Shown: positions 41,184 to 51,453, counted from the stretch's first letter. The stretch is 64,000 nucleotides of DNA from Actinomycetota bacterium (GCA_016870575.1 VGBH01000002.1:20273-84272); one strand, 5' to 3'. Made by a program: numbers and translations. The notes: generated by a model not told the origin, from the sequence alone.

Positions 41184-42700
41184 TAACTTGCCGCCTTAAC
41201 TGCACCAGTCATAGCATTACCCAATTCTTGCGGTGTTACGTTCGTTGGATCAGCATCTGCAACAAACTTTCCACGCAAAATTACTTTGATGGAATCACTT
41301 AGCCCAATTAATTCATCCAAATCAGCTGAAATCAAAAGTACTGCCAAACCATTCTCTCGCGCGGCGCGTAGATGATCCCAAATGGCTGCTTGTGCGCCGA
41401 CATCGACGCCTCTAGTTGGATGCGAAGCAATCAATAAAATCGGATTACTTGACATCTCACGGCCAACAATGAGTTTTTGCTGATTACCGCCGGAAAGCGC
41501 GCTCGCCAGCACATCTATACCTGGGGTGCGAACATCAAACTCTTTCACAATTGTTTTTGTATCTTCTTTTGCCAATTTAGGTGTTAACCGAAATCCTTTT
41601 GCGTTTGGCGCTTTGGTCTGATGACCCAAAATCCTATTTTCCCAAAGTGGAGCATCAAGGAGTAAGGCAAGCCTAGAGCGATCTTCTGGAATATAAGCAA
41701 CACCAAGTTCGCGACGCTTTCTTGTGCCAAGGTTCGAAACATTAACGCCACTAATTGTTATCTCTCCAGTTGCTGCTCTGGTGCCCATAATGGCTTCAAC
41801 TAACTCTGATTGACCATTACCTTCAACACCGGCAATTCCTAAAATCTCACCAGCGTGAATCTTAAAATCTAAATTAGAGATATCTTCTTTGCCGTCTTTA
41901 TTAACTGAAGTCAGTCTGGCAACTGACAAAACCACTTTGTCTGTAACTGTTGAACCTTGAGTTTCAGGTGTTGGCAGCTCACTTCCAACCATAAGTTCTG
42001 CCAACTGCTCAGCAGTAACCTGCTGTTGTTTTGGATTCAAAGAAGCGACCGTTTCGCCTCTTCTAATAACTGTGATGGCATCAGCTATTTCTAATACTTC
42101 ATCTAATTTATGACTAATAAAGATAATCGTTATTCCTTCAGCCTTTAATCCATTTAGGGCTTGAAACAATTCTTCAACTTCATGAGGTACTAAAACAGCA
42201 GTTGGTTCATCCAAAATCAAAATGCGCGCCCCGCGATATAGCACCTTAAGAATCTCAACTCGCTGGCGATCACCAACACCAAGTTCGCTTACCAAAACAT
42301 CTGGAGTGATATCCAAACCATAACTATTTGATATTTCCAAGATTCTTTTTCGAGCTGCACCAAAATCTAGTCTTCCGGCTTTACTTGGTTCACTGCCAAG
42401 TACTACGTTTTCTAAAACAGTTAAGTTATCCGCCAACATGAAATGCTGGTGCACCATACCGATTCCAACTTCAATTGCGTCAGATGGTGAACTAAACACA
42501 ATCGGTTTTCCATTTACGGTAATTGTTCCCTCATCAGCTTTTTGCATACCGTAAAGAATCTTCATTAGAGTTGATTTTCCTGAACCATTTTCGCCCACAA
42601 TTGCATGAACGGTACCCACATCAACTCTTAAGTTGATGTCCTTATTTGCAATTACTCCAGGAAATCGTTTCCAAATTCCACTTAATTCAACTGCTAACAA
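41183..42700 (-). CDS. ABC transporter ATP-binding protein with duplicated nucleotide-binding domains
   Basis: 505 aa with Walker A (GENGSGKST), the signatures LGVGDRQRVEI and LSGGNQQK, and Walker B (LILDEPT). Confidence 0.85.
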   Translation of the reverse strand: MLAVELSGIWKRFPGVIANKDINLRVDVGTVHAIVGENGSGKSTLMKILYGMQKADEGTITVNGKPIVFSSPSDAIEVGIGMVHQHFMLADNLTVLENVVLGSEPSKAGRLDFGAARKRILEISNSYGLDITPDVLVSELGVGDRQRVEILKVLYRGARILILDEPTAVLVPHEVEELFQALNGLKAEGITIIFISHKLDEVLEIADAITVIRRGETVASLNPKQQQVTAEQLAELMVGSELPTPETQGSTVTDKVVLSVARLTSVNKDGKEDISNLDFKIHAGEILGIAGVEGNGQSELVEAIMGTRAATGEITISGVNVSNLGTRKRRELGVAYIPEDRSRLALLLDAPLWENRILGHQTKAPNAKGFRLTPKLAKEDTKTIVKEFDVRTPGIDVLASALSGGNQQKLIVGREMSSNPILLIASHPTRGVDVGAQAAIWDHLRAARENGLAVLLISADLDELIGLSDSIKVILRGKFVADADPTNVTPQELGNAMTGAVKAAS

Positions 42701-42719
42701 ATCTCTCCTGACTCTAGCT

Positions 42720-42762
42720 AAAAAATAGGCTCGGGCTGACTTGATGCCAACCCGAGCCTATT
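42720..42762 (-). terminator. intrinsic terminator/attenuator hairpin between the binding-protein gene and the ATPase gene
   Basis: On the minus-strand RNA: AAUAGGCUCGGG, a 15-nt loop, CCCGAGCCUAUU, then a U-run. The stem is 12 bp and perfect. The hairpin begins 29 nt after the BMP stop. Confidence 0.7.
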
Positions 42763-42791
42763 GCTAAGCACTTTATGAATGCTCAGCCAAA

Positions 42792-43844
42792 TTAGTCAAG
42801 CGTTGTGCTAACGACAATTTCACCGCTAACAATCTTTGCGGAATATTCGTCAGCAACAGCTGCCAATGGTGCAACTGCTGGATTAGATGCGGAGTAACCC
42901 ACACCCTCTCGGCTCAGATCGAAGTTCTGAACACCTGATAGTGGAGCACCATCTACCACGCTCTTGATAACTTCATAAACCGATACGTCAACACGCTTTA
43001 ACATTGAAGTGATGATGTTGTCTTTGAATTCAGCACGTGCTGGAAGCACATACTCATCTGAATCAACACCAATTCCCCAATAACCAGCGGCAGAACCGCC
43101 AGCTGCTGCAATAGCCTGATGCATACCAAGACCTGATCCACCAGCTGCTGCGTAAACAATGTCTACGCCGCTGTCAATCATGCCTTCGGTTGCAATCTTT
43201 GCTTTATCTGGAGCATTCCATGCAGTATTGTCGCCAGCTGGACCCATGTATTGAACCTGAATCTCAACATCTGGATTTACTGCACGAGCACCCTGTTCAT
43301 AGCCAGCCTGGAATGCACGAATCAAATCGATTTCCATACCGCCAATAAAGCCAATCTTTCCTGACTTAGATGCAGTTGCGGCAATTGTTCCAACGAGGAA
43401 TGATCCTTGCTCGGCTGCGAAGATCAAACTTGCAACGTTTGGTGCATCTACTACTGAGTCAACAATTGCAAATGTTGTCTCTGGGAATTCTGGAGCAACT
43501 TCAGCTAGTGCAGCACTGTAAGCAAAACCAACTGCAATCACTGGGTTATAGCCATCAGCTGCAAGAAGACGTAGGCGCTCGGCACGCTCTGGGTCGCCAT
43601 CACTATCAGCTGCTTCTACTTCATTTACCTCAACACCAAACTCAGTAACTGCACGGTCTACACCTGCTGCTGCTGCATCGTTGAAGGTACCGTCACCACG
43701 ACCACCTGAGTCATAAGCCAAACCGACCTTGACCGCTGGAGTTTCTGGAGCGGTATCTGTGGACGTATCTTCGCTACTTGAACAAGCAGCTAGTACTAAT
43801 GCACCAGCAAATAGGACTGATGCAATCTTGATAATCCTGCGCAA
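42792..43844 (-). CDS. BMP-family lipoprotein, nucleoside-binding ABC substrate-binding protein
   Basis: 350 aa with a TTG start following AAGGAG. The lipobox is ALVLAAC-SS. The body is BMP/PnrA-like (GLAYDSGGRGDGTFND). Confidence 0.8.
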   Translation of the reverse strand: MRRIIKIASVLFAGALVLAACSSSEDTSTDTAPETPAVKVGLAYDSGGRGDGTFNDAAAAGVDRAVTEFGVEVNEVEAADSDGDPERAERLRLLAADGYNPVIAVGFAYSAALAEVAPEFPETTFAIVDSVVDAPNVASLIFAAEQGSFLVGTIAATASKSGKIGFIGGMEIDLIRAFQAGYEQGARAVNPDVEIQVQYMGPAGDNTAWNAPDKAKIATEGMIDSGVDIVYAAAGGSGLGMHQAIAAAGGSAAGYWGIGVDSDEYVLPARAEFKDNIITSMLKRVDVSVYEVIKSVVDGAPLSGVQNFDLSREGVGYSASNPAVAPLAAVADEYSAKIVSGEIVVSTTLD

Positions 43845-43978
43845 AGGATTCTCCTTTTTATTAATTTTCTGCTACGAAGACCGTAGCTTTGACGCCCAGT
43901 TTACTGAGGAGCGCGCCCTTGATGCACACCCAAACTAAGCCCGCTACCCAACTGTTATCAAACCGTGAGTTAATATCG

Positions 43979-45565
43979 TCACATACTCTCAGCAGGGACA
44001 AATTCGCCCCATACTGAGCGCAAGGAATGGCAGATTTCACCCACAGTCGCCAACGATTTAACTGCCTGCTCGATTGGGTAAAGCAAGTTATCCCCAGCCC
44101 GAGCCGCATCAGCAACTTTTGCCAGCGCCTGCTGCACTGCAGTCCCATTTCGGCTGGCACGAACAGCCTGAACTGCCGACACCTGTTTTGCTTCAATTTG
44201 TGGATCAATTCGATGTGGCTGATATGAATCTTCACCATCAGAATTAAATCGATTAACTCCAACAATTATTCGCTGCTGCGCATCAATCTCACGAGCAATT
44301 TGATAAGCCGATTCCTCAATCAACCGCTTTTGTAATCCTTGCTCAATCGCACCAACAGCTCCTCCTGCTTTATCAACTCTGTTCATTAAATCAAGTACTT
44401 CTTTTTCAATCTGATTTGTCATAGATTCAATTACATATGAACCTGCAAAAGGATCAACTGTTCGGGTCAAATCAGTTTCGTGTGCGATTACCTGTTGGGT
44501 GCGCAAAGCTAAGGTTGCCGCTTTAGCGGTAGGTAAACCAAGGGCTTCATCATAAGAATTGGTATGTAATGATTGAGTTCCACCTAAAACTGCCGCTAAA
44601 GCTTGAATAGTTACTCTTACTAAGTTCACTTCTGGTTGCTGTGCAGTTAACTGCACTCCAGCAGTCTGAGTGTGAAACTTAAGTGCAGTTGATTTATCTG
44701 ATTTGGCATTAAACTCAGATTTCATAATTCGATACCAAATTCTTCTTGCTGCACGAAACTTAGCAACTTCTTCGAGCAAAGTACTTCTAACCACAAAAAA
44801 GAAGGAAAGCCTGGGCGCAAATTGATCAATATCTAAACCAGCACTTATTGCTGCCCTGACATAAGCCACCGCATTCGCTAACGTGAATGCAACTTCTTGC
44901 ACTGGATTAGCGCCAGCTTCTGCCATATGGTAGCCAGAAATTGAAATTGTGTTCCAGGATGGAAGTTCATCAGCACAATACTTAAACAAATCTGTAGTTA
45001 ACCGCATTGAAGGCTGTGGCGGAAATATGTAAGTTCCGCGTGCAATATATTCCTTTAAAATGTCATTTTGGACAGTACCAGAGAGCTTTGTTAAATCCGC
45101 TCCCTGCTCTTGTGCAACCAACTTATACATAATTAGCAAAATTGCAGCTGGACTATTGATTGTCATTGACGTGGTTACTTCATCAAGTTTTATGCCATTA
45201 AACAACCTGCGCATATCTTCAATAGTGTCAATTGCAACTCCCACCCGGCCAACCTCACCCTTAGCCAATGGATGATCTGAGTCGTAACCCATTTGTGTTG
45301 GCAGATCAAATGCAACAGATAATCCTGTTGTGCCTTGCGCAATTAAGTCTCGGTAGCGTTTATTTGATTGATCAGCATTACCAAATCCAGCATATTGCCG
45401 CATCGTCCAGGTTTTGCCCAAATACATATCTGGATGTATTCCTCGAGTGAATGGCGGTTTTCCTGGTTCGCCTAATTCTCGTTGAGGATCAAAATCCTTT
45501 AAATCGCTTTGATCGTAAACGGGTTTAATTGGAAAATTAGATTGCGAACTAAACCCGTCGCTCAT
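43979..45565 (-). CDS. methylmalonyl-CoA mutase, large catalytic (substrate-binding TIM-barrel) subunit without a B12-binding domain
   Basis: I prefer ATG 45565, which lies 2 nt after the sdhB stop. It has [38 protein letters not shown] and [18 protein letters not shown]. The protein ends before any DxHxxG domain. Confidence 0.85.
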   Translation of the reverse strand: MSDGFSSQSNFPIKPVYDQSDLKDFDPQRELGEPGKPPFTRGIHPDMYLGKTWTMRQYAGFGNADQSNKRYRDLIAQGTTGLSVAFDLPTQMGYDSDHPLAKGEVGRVGVAIDTIEDMRRLFNGIKLDEVTTSMTINSPAAILLIMYKLVAQEQGADLTKLSGTVQNDILKEYIARGTYIFPPQPSMRLTTDLFKYCADELPSWNTISISGYHMAEAGANPVQEVAFTLANAVAYVRAAISAGLDIDQFAPRLSFFFVVRSTLLEEVAKFRAARRIWYRIMKSEFNAKSDKSTALKFHTQTAGVQLTAQQPEVNLVRVTIQALAAVLGGTQSLHTNSYDEALGLPTAKAATLALRTQQVIAHETDLTRTVDPFAGSYVIESMTNQIEKEVLDLMNRVDKAGGAVGAIEQGLQKRLIEESAYQIAREIDAQQRIIVGVNRFNSDGEDSYQPHRIDPQIEAKQVSAVQAVRASRNGTAVQQALAKVADAARAGDNLLYPIEQAVKSLATVGEICHSLRSVWGEFVPAESM

Positions 45566-45567
45566 AT

Positions 45568-46320
45568 TTAGTTGGGCCTGCGCTTTATTGTGCTTCCCAA
45601 CCATCGAATTGGATCGTACTTAACATCTACAACCCGCTCTTTCATAGGGATTAAAGCGTTGTCAGTAATTTTGATATGTTCCGGGCAAACTTCGGTACAG
45701 CACTTAGTTATATTGCAATATCCAAGCCCATGATCTTCTTGCGCCATATGTTTACGGTCAACTTGATCTAATGGATGCATATCTAACTCAGCAATACGCA
45801 TTAAAAATCTGGGGCCAGAAAAAGATTCTTTGTTCTCTTCATGGTCACGAATAACATGGCACACGTTCTGACAGAGGAAACACTCAATACACTTGCGAAA
45901 CTCTTGACTACGAGCAACATCCACCTGTTGCATTCGGTATTCACCAGGAGCTAAATCTTTTGGACCCTCAAAAGCTGGCACTTCCTGTGCTTTTTTATAG
46001 TTATATGAAACATCTGTTACTAAATCTCGAATCACTGGAAAAGTTCGCATCGGTGATACGGTTACTACATCTTCCGGATTAAAGGTATTCATCCGGGTCA
46101 TGCACATAAGTCGTGGCTTACCGTTTACTTCAGCACTACAAGAGCCACATTTTCCAGCCTTGCAATTCCATCTCACTGCTAAATCAGGTGCTTCTGTTGC
46201 TTGAATCCGATGAATCACATCAAGCACCACTTCACCTTCATTTACTTCGACTTCATAATTTGTAAGCGCACCAGACTTGGCATTCCCTCGCCAAACTCTA
46301 AATTTTGCTAGGTATCCCAT
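45568..46320 (-). CDS. sdhB: succinate dehydrogenase/fumarate reductase iron-sulfur subunit
   Basis: 250 aa with cluster motifs [24 protein letters not shown] and CTEVCP. Confidence 0.9.
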   Translation of the reverse strand: MGYLAKFRVWRGNAKSGALTNYEVEVNEGEVVLDVIHRIQATEAPDLAVRWNCKAGKCGSCSAEVNGKPRLMCMTRMNTFNPEDVVTVSPMRTFPVIRDLVTDVSYNYKKAQEVPAFEGPKDLAPGEYRMQQVDVARSQEFRKCIECFLCQNVCHVIRDHEENKESFSGPRFLMRIAELDMHPLDQVDRKHMAQEDHGLGYCNITKCCTEVCPEHIKITDNALIPMKERVVDVKYDPIRWLGSTIKRRPN

Positions 46321-48207
46321 TTAGGCCACCTCTCTTGGTAGTTGAGCATACTCGGCTTCGGTTAAATATTTCTTCAACTCCGCTTTATCAAACAATGCCA
46401 ATAACTCATCTGGCAGCATCGGTAAATTCTTAATTGTGATCTGAATGTCGCCATTCTTCAAAGTGCACGCCACATTTTTATTGCGCCAATTTGGATCCAT
46501 CTGTTGGAAATCATCTCGAGTGTGTCCACCGCGAGACTCTTCACGAGTCATTGCAGATTTCGCAATTGAAGTTGAAACTAGATACATATTCTCCAAATCC
46601 AGAACTAAATGCCATCCTGGGTTATATTCCTTGCCACCAACGACGCCAACTTTGGCGATGCGGTTATTTAGCTCAGTCAATTTTGCCAAAGCAGCTGCAA
46701 GTTCATTTCCTTCGCGAATAATTCCAACTAAGTCATTCATAACTTGTTGAAGATCTTGATGAATCGTGTATGGATTCTCATTTCCACCATTGGTCAGCGG
46801 TGCATAAGTTTTTTGTTGAGCAGCATTTACAGCAGCATCAGTTAACTTTGGTCGGGCAGATAAATTCTTTATGTATTGTGCAGCACCAGCACCCGCACGC
46901 TTTCCAAACACTAGCAAATCAGATAGGGAGTTTCCACCTAATCTGTTTGCGCCGTGCATTCCAGCTGCAACCTCACCTGCAGCGAACAAACCAGAAACTC
47001 CAACAGCAGCAGTTGTTTCTGGTTCTACTTCAATTCCGCCCATCACGTAGTGACAAGTCGGGCCAACTTCCATTGGTTCTTTCGTAATATCAACATCTGC
47101 CAGTTCTTTGAATTGGTGATACATCGCGGGCAGTCTTCGCCTAATTGTTTCTGGATCTAGTCGCTTTGATACATCTAGAAAAACGCCACCATGAGGCGAT
47201 CCACGACCAGCTTTAACTTCAGAGTTAATTGCGCGAGCAACTTCATCACGTGGTAAAAGTTCAGGTGGGCGGCGATTGTTGTCTGGATCGGTGTACCAGC
47301 GATCAGCTTCTGCTTCAGTGTCTGCATATTTATCTCGAAATACATCGGGAATGTAATCAAACATAAATCGGCGGCCTTCTGAGTTTGTTAGCACGCCACC
47401 TTCACCACGAACCGACTCAGTCACCAAAATACCCTTAACCGAAAGTGGCCAAACCATTCCGGTTGGATGAAACTGGACAAACTCCATATCAATAAGTGAC
47501 CCACCTGCACGCAGCGCTAGTCCAACTCCATCACCAGTTCCCTCCCAGGAATTGCTGGTAACTTTAAAAGATTTACCTAGGCCACCAGTTGCTAAAACAA
47601 CTGCTGCAGCATCAAAAACAATTGGCTCTCCAGTTTCGCGCCAGTATCCAAAAGCACCAGCAATCTGACCTGTTTCACACTTAAGTAACTCGGTTATGGT
47701 GCATTCTTGAAATACTCGTAACTTAGCTTCAAATTCACCAAACTCTTTTTTATCTTGTTGCTGTAGCCAAACAATTCGTTGCTGCAGCGTTCGGATTAGT
47801 TCAAGCCCAGTTCTATCGCCAACATGTGCTAATCGGGGATATTCATGACCGCCGAAATTGCGTTGTGAAATCTTTCCATCTTTTGTTCTATCGAACAGTG
47901 CACCATAAGTTTCTAGTTCCCAAACTCGCAAAGGTGATTCTTGGGCATGTAATTGTGCCATCCGCCAATTGTTATGAAATTTACTACCGCGCATTGTGTC
48001 TCGGAAATGAACCTGCCAGCCATCATGGCTGTTCATATTTGCCATAGCTGCAGCAATGCCACCTTCTGCCATAACGGTGTGAGCTTTACCAAACATCGAT
48101 TTACTTATTAGCGCAACAGATAAACCCGCTTCGCGCGCTTCAATTGCAGCTCGCATACCGGCACCGCCGGCTCCCACAATCACTACGTCATAACTATGGC
48201 GTTCCAT
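46321..48207 (-). CDS. sdhA: succinate dehydrogenase/fumarate reductase flavoprotein subunit
   Basis: 628 aa with DVVIVGAGGAGMRAA and the FAD-attachment region KAHTVMAEGG. Confidence 0.9.
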   Translation of the reverse strand: MERHSYDVVIVGAGGAGMRAAIEAREAGLSVALISKSMFGKAHTVMAEGGIAAAMANMNSHDGWQVHFRDTMRGSKFHNNWRMAQLHAQESPLRVWELETYGALFDRTKDGKISQRNFGGHEYPRLAHVGDRTGLELIRTLQQRIVWLQQQDKKEFGEFEAKLRVFQECTITELLKCETGQIAGAFGYWRETGEPIVFDAAAVVLATGGLGKSFKVTSNSWEGTGDGVGLALRAGGSLIDMEFVQFHPTGMVWPLSVKGILVTESVRGEGGVLTNSEGRRFMFDYIPDVFRDKYADTEAEADRWYTDPDNNRRPPELLPRDEVARAINSEVKAGRGSPHGGVFLDVSKRLDPETIRRRLPAMYHQFKELADVDITKEPMEVGPTCHYVMGGIEVEPETTAAVGVSGLFAAGEVAAGMHGANRLGGNSLSDLLVFGKRAGAGAAQYIKNLSARPKLTDAAVNAAQQKTYAPLTNGGNENPYTIHQDLQQVMNDLVGIIREGNELAAALAKLTELNNRIAKVGVVGGKEYNPGWHLVLDLENMYLVSTSIAKSAMTREESRGGHTRDDFQQMDPNWRNKNVACTLKNGDIQITIKNLPMLPDELLALFDKAELKKYLTEAEYAQLPREVA

Positions 48208-48227
48208 TTTTATCCATTCACTTAGTT

Positions 48228-49031
48228 CTAGAAGAAGTAAAAGTTGGTGAAAAGTCCCGTTGAAACACTTCGCACATAAAAATCAGTAAAGGCAACCCAG
48301 AGAAGTGAAATCCAGGCATAGACTGGATGTTTTGTATTCAACTTACTTACCCAAGTCCATAGTTTGTATCGAACTGGATTTTTTGAAAAGTTCTTCAGTC
48401 TTCCACCCAAAGTATGTCTGCAAGTGTGGCAAGACAATGAGTAAAGCCACAGCAATGTTGCGTTTATGACTAAAACTAAAGTACCAACACTTACATGACC
48501 CCAGTTGTAATTGTCATCCCGAAAAGCCAGTATTGCATCGTAAGTTAAAACAACATTTAGAAATAGTCCAAGAAAAAAGAAGAACCTATGTGAATTTTGC
48601 AGAATCAGTGGTGCTCTAGTTTCCCCAGTATATTTTTTGTGTGGTTCACCAACAGCACAAGCTGGAGGTGACATCCAGAATGATCGATAATAACTTCGTC
48701 GATAGTAATAACAAGTCATTCTAAATCCAAGCGGAATGAACAAAATCAAAAATGCTGGTGACAGCGTGTACCAAGCCCCTATTGGCTGACCAATATCTGA
48801 TGCACCAGGAATACACGAGACTGCTAGGCACGGAGAATAAAACGGAGATAGTAGAGGCGTGGTGTAGTAATGAGCATTTTCAAAAGCCCGGAAAGTTGAA
48901 TAGATAACGAATGAAATTAAAACGCCAAAAGTTATTGCTGGCTGCAGCCACCACTTGTCAGTTCGGAGGGTTCGCTCCACGATTCTGGCGCGACCAGCTG
49001 AAAGCAGCCCATTCTTCATTCCAACTCCCAA
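48228..49031 (-). CDS. sdhC: succinate dehydrogenase membrane anchor (mycobacterial Sdh1-type single subunit)
   Basis: 267 aa with about five hydrophobic helices, directly upstream of sdhA. Its size and order match Mtb Rv0249c-Rv0247c. The start could instead be the internal MKNGLL. Confidence 0.65.
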   Translation of the reverse strand: MGVGMKNGLLSAGRARIVERTLRTDKWWLQPAITFGVLISFVIYSTFRAFENAHYYTTPLLSPFYSPCLAVSCIPGASDIGQPIGAWYTLSPAFLILFIPLGFRMTCYYYRRSYYRSFWMSPPACAVGEPHKKYTGETRAPLILQNSHRFFFFLGLFLNVVLTYDAILAFRDDNYNWGHVSVGTLVLVINATLLWLYSLSCHTCRHTLGGRLKNFSKNPVRYKLWTWVSKLNTKHPVYAWISLLWVAFTDFYVRSVSTGLFTNFYFF

Positions 49032-49120
49032 CTTTATTTTGGCTTAAGAGTAGCCACATCTCTGACCCTAAGTAGGCCGAAGCGAGGTCAATTTCCTACA
49101 CCTTGGCTGTGATTTGAATC

Positions 49121-50128
49121 TCAAGAAGGCTCGGTTAGCAGCCCCAATCGAGAATATGCGGTGGCCACAGTCTGACTGGCGACTTCTCGGGCCTTCTCAG
49201 CGCCAGTCTTAATCTGCTCTTGTAAGTGGGCTGGATCTTTAAGTAGCGATTCAGTTGCATTTCGTACCGGTTCAATTCTTGCTACCAACGCATCTGCAAC
49301 TTGCTGCTTAAATTCGCCGTATCCCTTACCTGTTACTTGATCAGCTGTTGCTTCTATTTGAGTATCGGTTGCAGCGGCTAGTAGACCTATCAGGTTAGCA
49401 ATACCTGGTTTTGTAGCTGGGTCAAAACTAACTGCTCTATCGCTATCGGTTACTGCAGATTTAATTTTCTTCACTATCTGCTCGTTAGTATCCATTAGGA
49501 ATACCGCACCAACAGGAGATGACTTACTCATTTTTGAAGTTGGATCTTGAAGGTCTAACACTCGAGAGTTTCCAACTACTGTCATAGTATCTGGAATAGT
49601 GAAAGTTTCGCCATAAGTACTATTGAATCGCTGAGCTAGATCACGCGTTAACTCCAAATGTTGACGTTGATCATCACCAACTGGAACTTTTGTTGGTTGA
49701 TAAAGCAATATGTCTGCCGCTTGTAATATTGGGTAGGTAAACAAACCAACTGTTGAGCGATCTGCACCTTCTTTTTGTGATTTGTCTTTGAATTGAGTCA
49801 TTCGGGATGCTTCACCATATCCAGTAATACATGAAAGCACCCAAGCTAACTGGGAATGTTCAGCTAAGTGGCTCTGCACAAAAACTGTTGACTTCGATGT
49901 ATCAATACCTATTGCTAATAACTGAGCAAATGAAGCAAGCGTTCGAGCCTTAATTTTTGTTGGATCGTGGTTAACGGTTAGCGCATGTAAATCGACGACG
50001 CAATAAAAGCAGTCGTGAGTTTGTTGAAGCGAAACCCACTGGGTAAGTGCTCCGAACCAATTGCCGATATGGAAAGAATCCATTGTTGGCTGAATACCAG
50101 AGAGCACTCGTTCTTTTCTTGCACTCAT
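49121..50128 (-). CDS. trpS: tryptophan--tRNA ligase
   Basis: 335 aa with the class I signatures FHIGNW (HIGH-like) and KMSKS. Confidence 0.9.
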   Translation of the reverse strand: MSARKERVLSGIQPTMDSFHIGNWFGALTQWVSLQQTHDCFYCVVDLHALTVNHDPTKIKARTLASFAQLLAIGIDTSKSTVFVQSHLAEHSQLAWVLSCITGYGEASRMTQFKDKSQKEGADRSTVGLFTYPILQAADILLYQPTKVPVGDDQRQHLELTRDLAQRFNSTYGETFTIPDTMTVVGNSRVLDLQDPTSKMSKSSPVGAVFLMDTNEQIVKKIKSAVTDSDRAVSFDPATKPGIANLIGLLAAATDTQIEATADQVTGKGYGEFKQQVADALVARIEPVRNATESLLKDPAHLQEQIKTGAEKAREVASQTVATAYSRLGLLTEPS

Positions 50129-50160
50129 ACCAGTAATACTCTCATAACTCTTGACTAAAT

Positions 50161-51453
50161 CTAGGCTTCATCTGAAGCAGTTGGAGCATTTACTACAACT
50201 CTCATTCGAGCTATACGTCTTGCTTCAACTTTTGTTACTTCAAAGGACGCATTGAAATACTCCAACTGGTCGCCAATTTCAGGTAACCGACCTATCTGGG
50301 CAACCGCCCAGCCAGCAACGGTCTCATAGGGGCCATCTGGTAATTGAACGCCGGTCATCTCAGTGAAATCCTCTAAATTAAGTAACCCATCAATATCAAA
50401 CTCGCCACTTGCGCCTTTGACTGATGGTTTCTCAATCTCATCATATTCATCATGAATTTCGCCGACAACTTCTTCAACTAAATCTTCTAAGGAAACAATT
50501 CCAGCCGTTCCACCATATTCATCAACCACAATTGCCAAATGTTGACCGGCATGACGCATTTCATGCATTGCGCTCAAGACCGATTTAGTTCCGGGAAACT
50601 TTAGAATGCTACGCGCAATATCCCTTACCCTAATTGACCGCTCTCGCATTTCAGGACTTAACAAATCGCGAACGTGCACAAAGCCCAGCACATCATCAAA
50701 ACCTTCACCAGCAACTGGATAGCGTGAAAATGGTTTATCGCTTACCCACTGTGCAGCTTTAAAAATGGGAGTGTCAGCTTCAATGAATTCCACTTCTGTC
50801 CTTGGCAGCATTACTTCTCGTACTTCTTTATCTGCCAAAGAGAAGACATCAGTCAAAATTCGTCGCTCTTGCTCAGAAATGTCTTCTTGAGATGTAACTA
50901 AATCACGAAGCTCAGCTGCTTCAATTGCGCTTCGCTTACTGTGTGGATCAACACCAAAAATTCTTACAATCAAATTTGTTGATACTGAAAGTAGCGCAAT
51001 AAATGGTTTTGAAAGGCGAGCCAATATCTCAACTGGGATTGCTAACACCATCGCAAATCCAACTGTGTGATGCAGCGCCAAACGCTTTGGAACTAACTCA
51101 CCAAGAACTAAAGACACAAATGCAATAACAAATGTCACTGCGATAAATGCCAAGGTTTCAGATGCAGTTTCACTTAGCCCCAATTCTTCAATTCGTGGTG
51201 CTATTTCTGGAGCCAAGCTCGCCGCACCAAAACCTGCAGAAATGAATCCAGCTAAAGTAACACCAACTTGAACTGCAGCTAAAAATCTGTTTGGCGCTGA
51301 GATGAGTTTTGCAACTAATCGTGCTCTTCTACCGGTAAATTGACTAATCTGACTTTCTCTTATTGAGATCAAGCTAATTTCAGCTGCAGCAAAAACTCCA
51401 CCAATCAGAACAAAAAGCAGTACAAAAAGTATGTCGCGTAAGGGTTCACCCAT
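50161..51453 (-). CDS. DUF21/CBS-pair/CorC_HlyC-domain membrane protein (hemolysin-family, putative divalent-cation efflux)
   Basis: 430 aa with N-terminal TM helices followed by a CBS pair and a CorC-type C-terminal domain. Confidence 0.75.
   Translation of the reverse strand: MGEPLRDILFVLLFVLIGGVFAAAEISLISIRESQISQFTGRRARLVAKLISAPNRFLAAVQVGVTLAGFISAGFGAASLAPEIAPRIEELGLSETASETLAFIAVTFVIAFVSLVLGELVPKRLALHHTVGFAMVLAIPVEILARLSKPFIALLSVSTNLIVRIFGVDPHSKRSAIEAAELRDLVTSQEDISEQERRILTDVFSLADKEVREVMLPRTEVEFIEADTPIFKAAQWVSDKPFSRYPVAGEGFDDVLGFVHVRDLLSPEMRERSIRVRDIARSILKFPGTKSVLSAMHEMRHAGQHLAIVVDEYGGTAGIVSLEDLVEEVVGEIHDEYDEIEKPSVKGASGEFDIDGLLNLEDFTEMTGVQLPDGPYETVAGWAVAQIGRLPEIGDQLEYFNASFEVTKVEARRIARMRVVVNAPTASDEA

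Noticed and set aside
43871-43887. Inverted repeat GCTACG-aagac-CGTAGC upstream of the BMP lipoprotein gene, as a possible operator or terminator.
   Set aside because: It has only 6-bp arms, is not followed by a U-run on the transcribed strand, and is too short to distinguish from chance without comparative data.
43979-45565. Alternative call of isobutyryl-CoA mutase (IcmA/IcmB) for the split mutase.
   Set aside because: The discriminating residues are Tyr (RQYAGF) and Arg (EYIARG), as in methylmalonyl-CoA mutase; ICM has Phe and Gln. The propionyl-CoA carboxylase, sdh and suc context also fits MCM.
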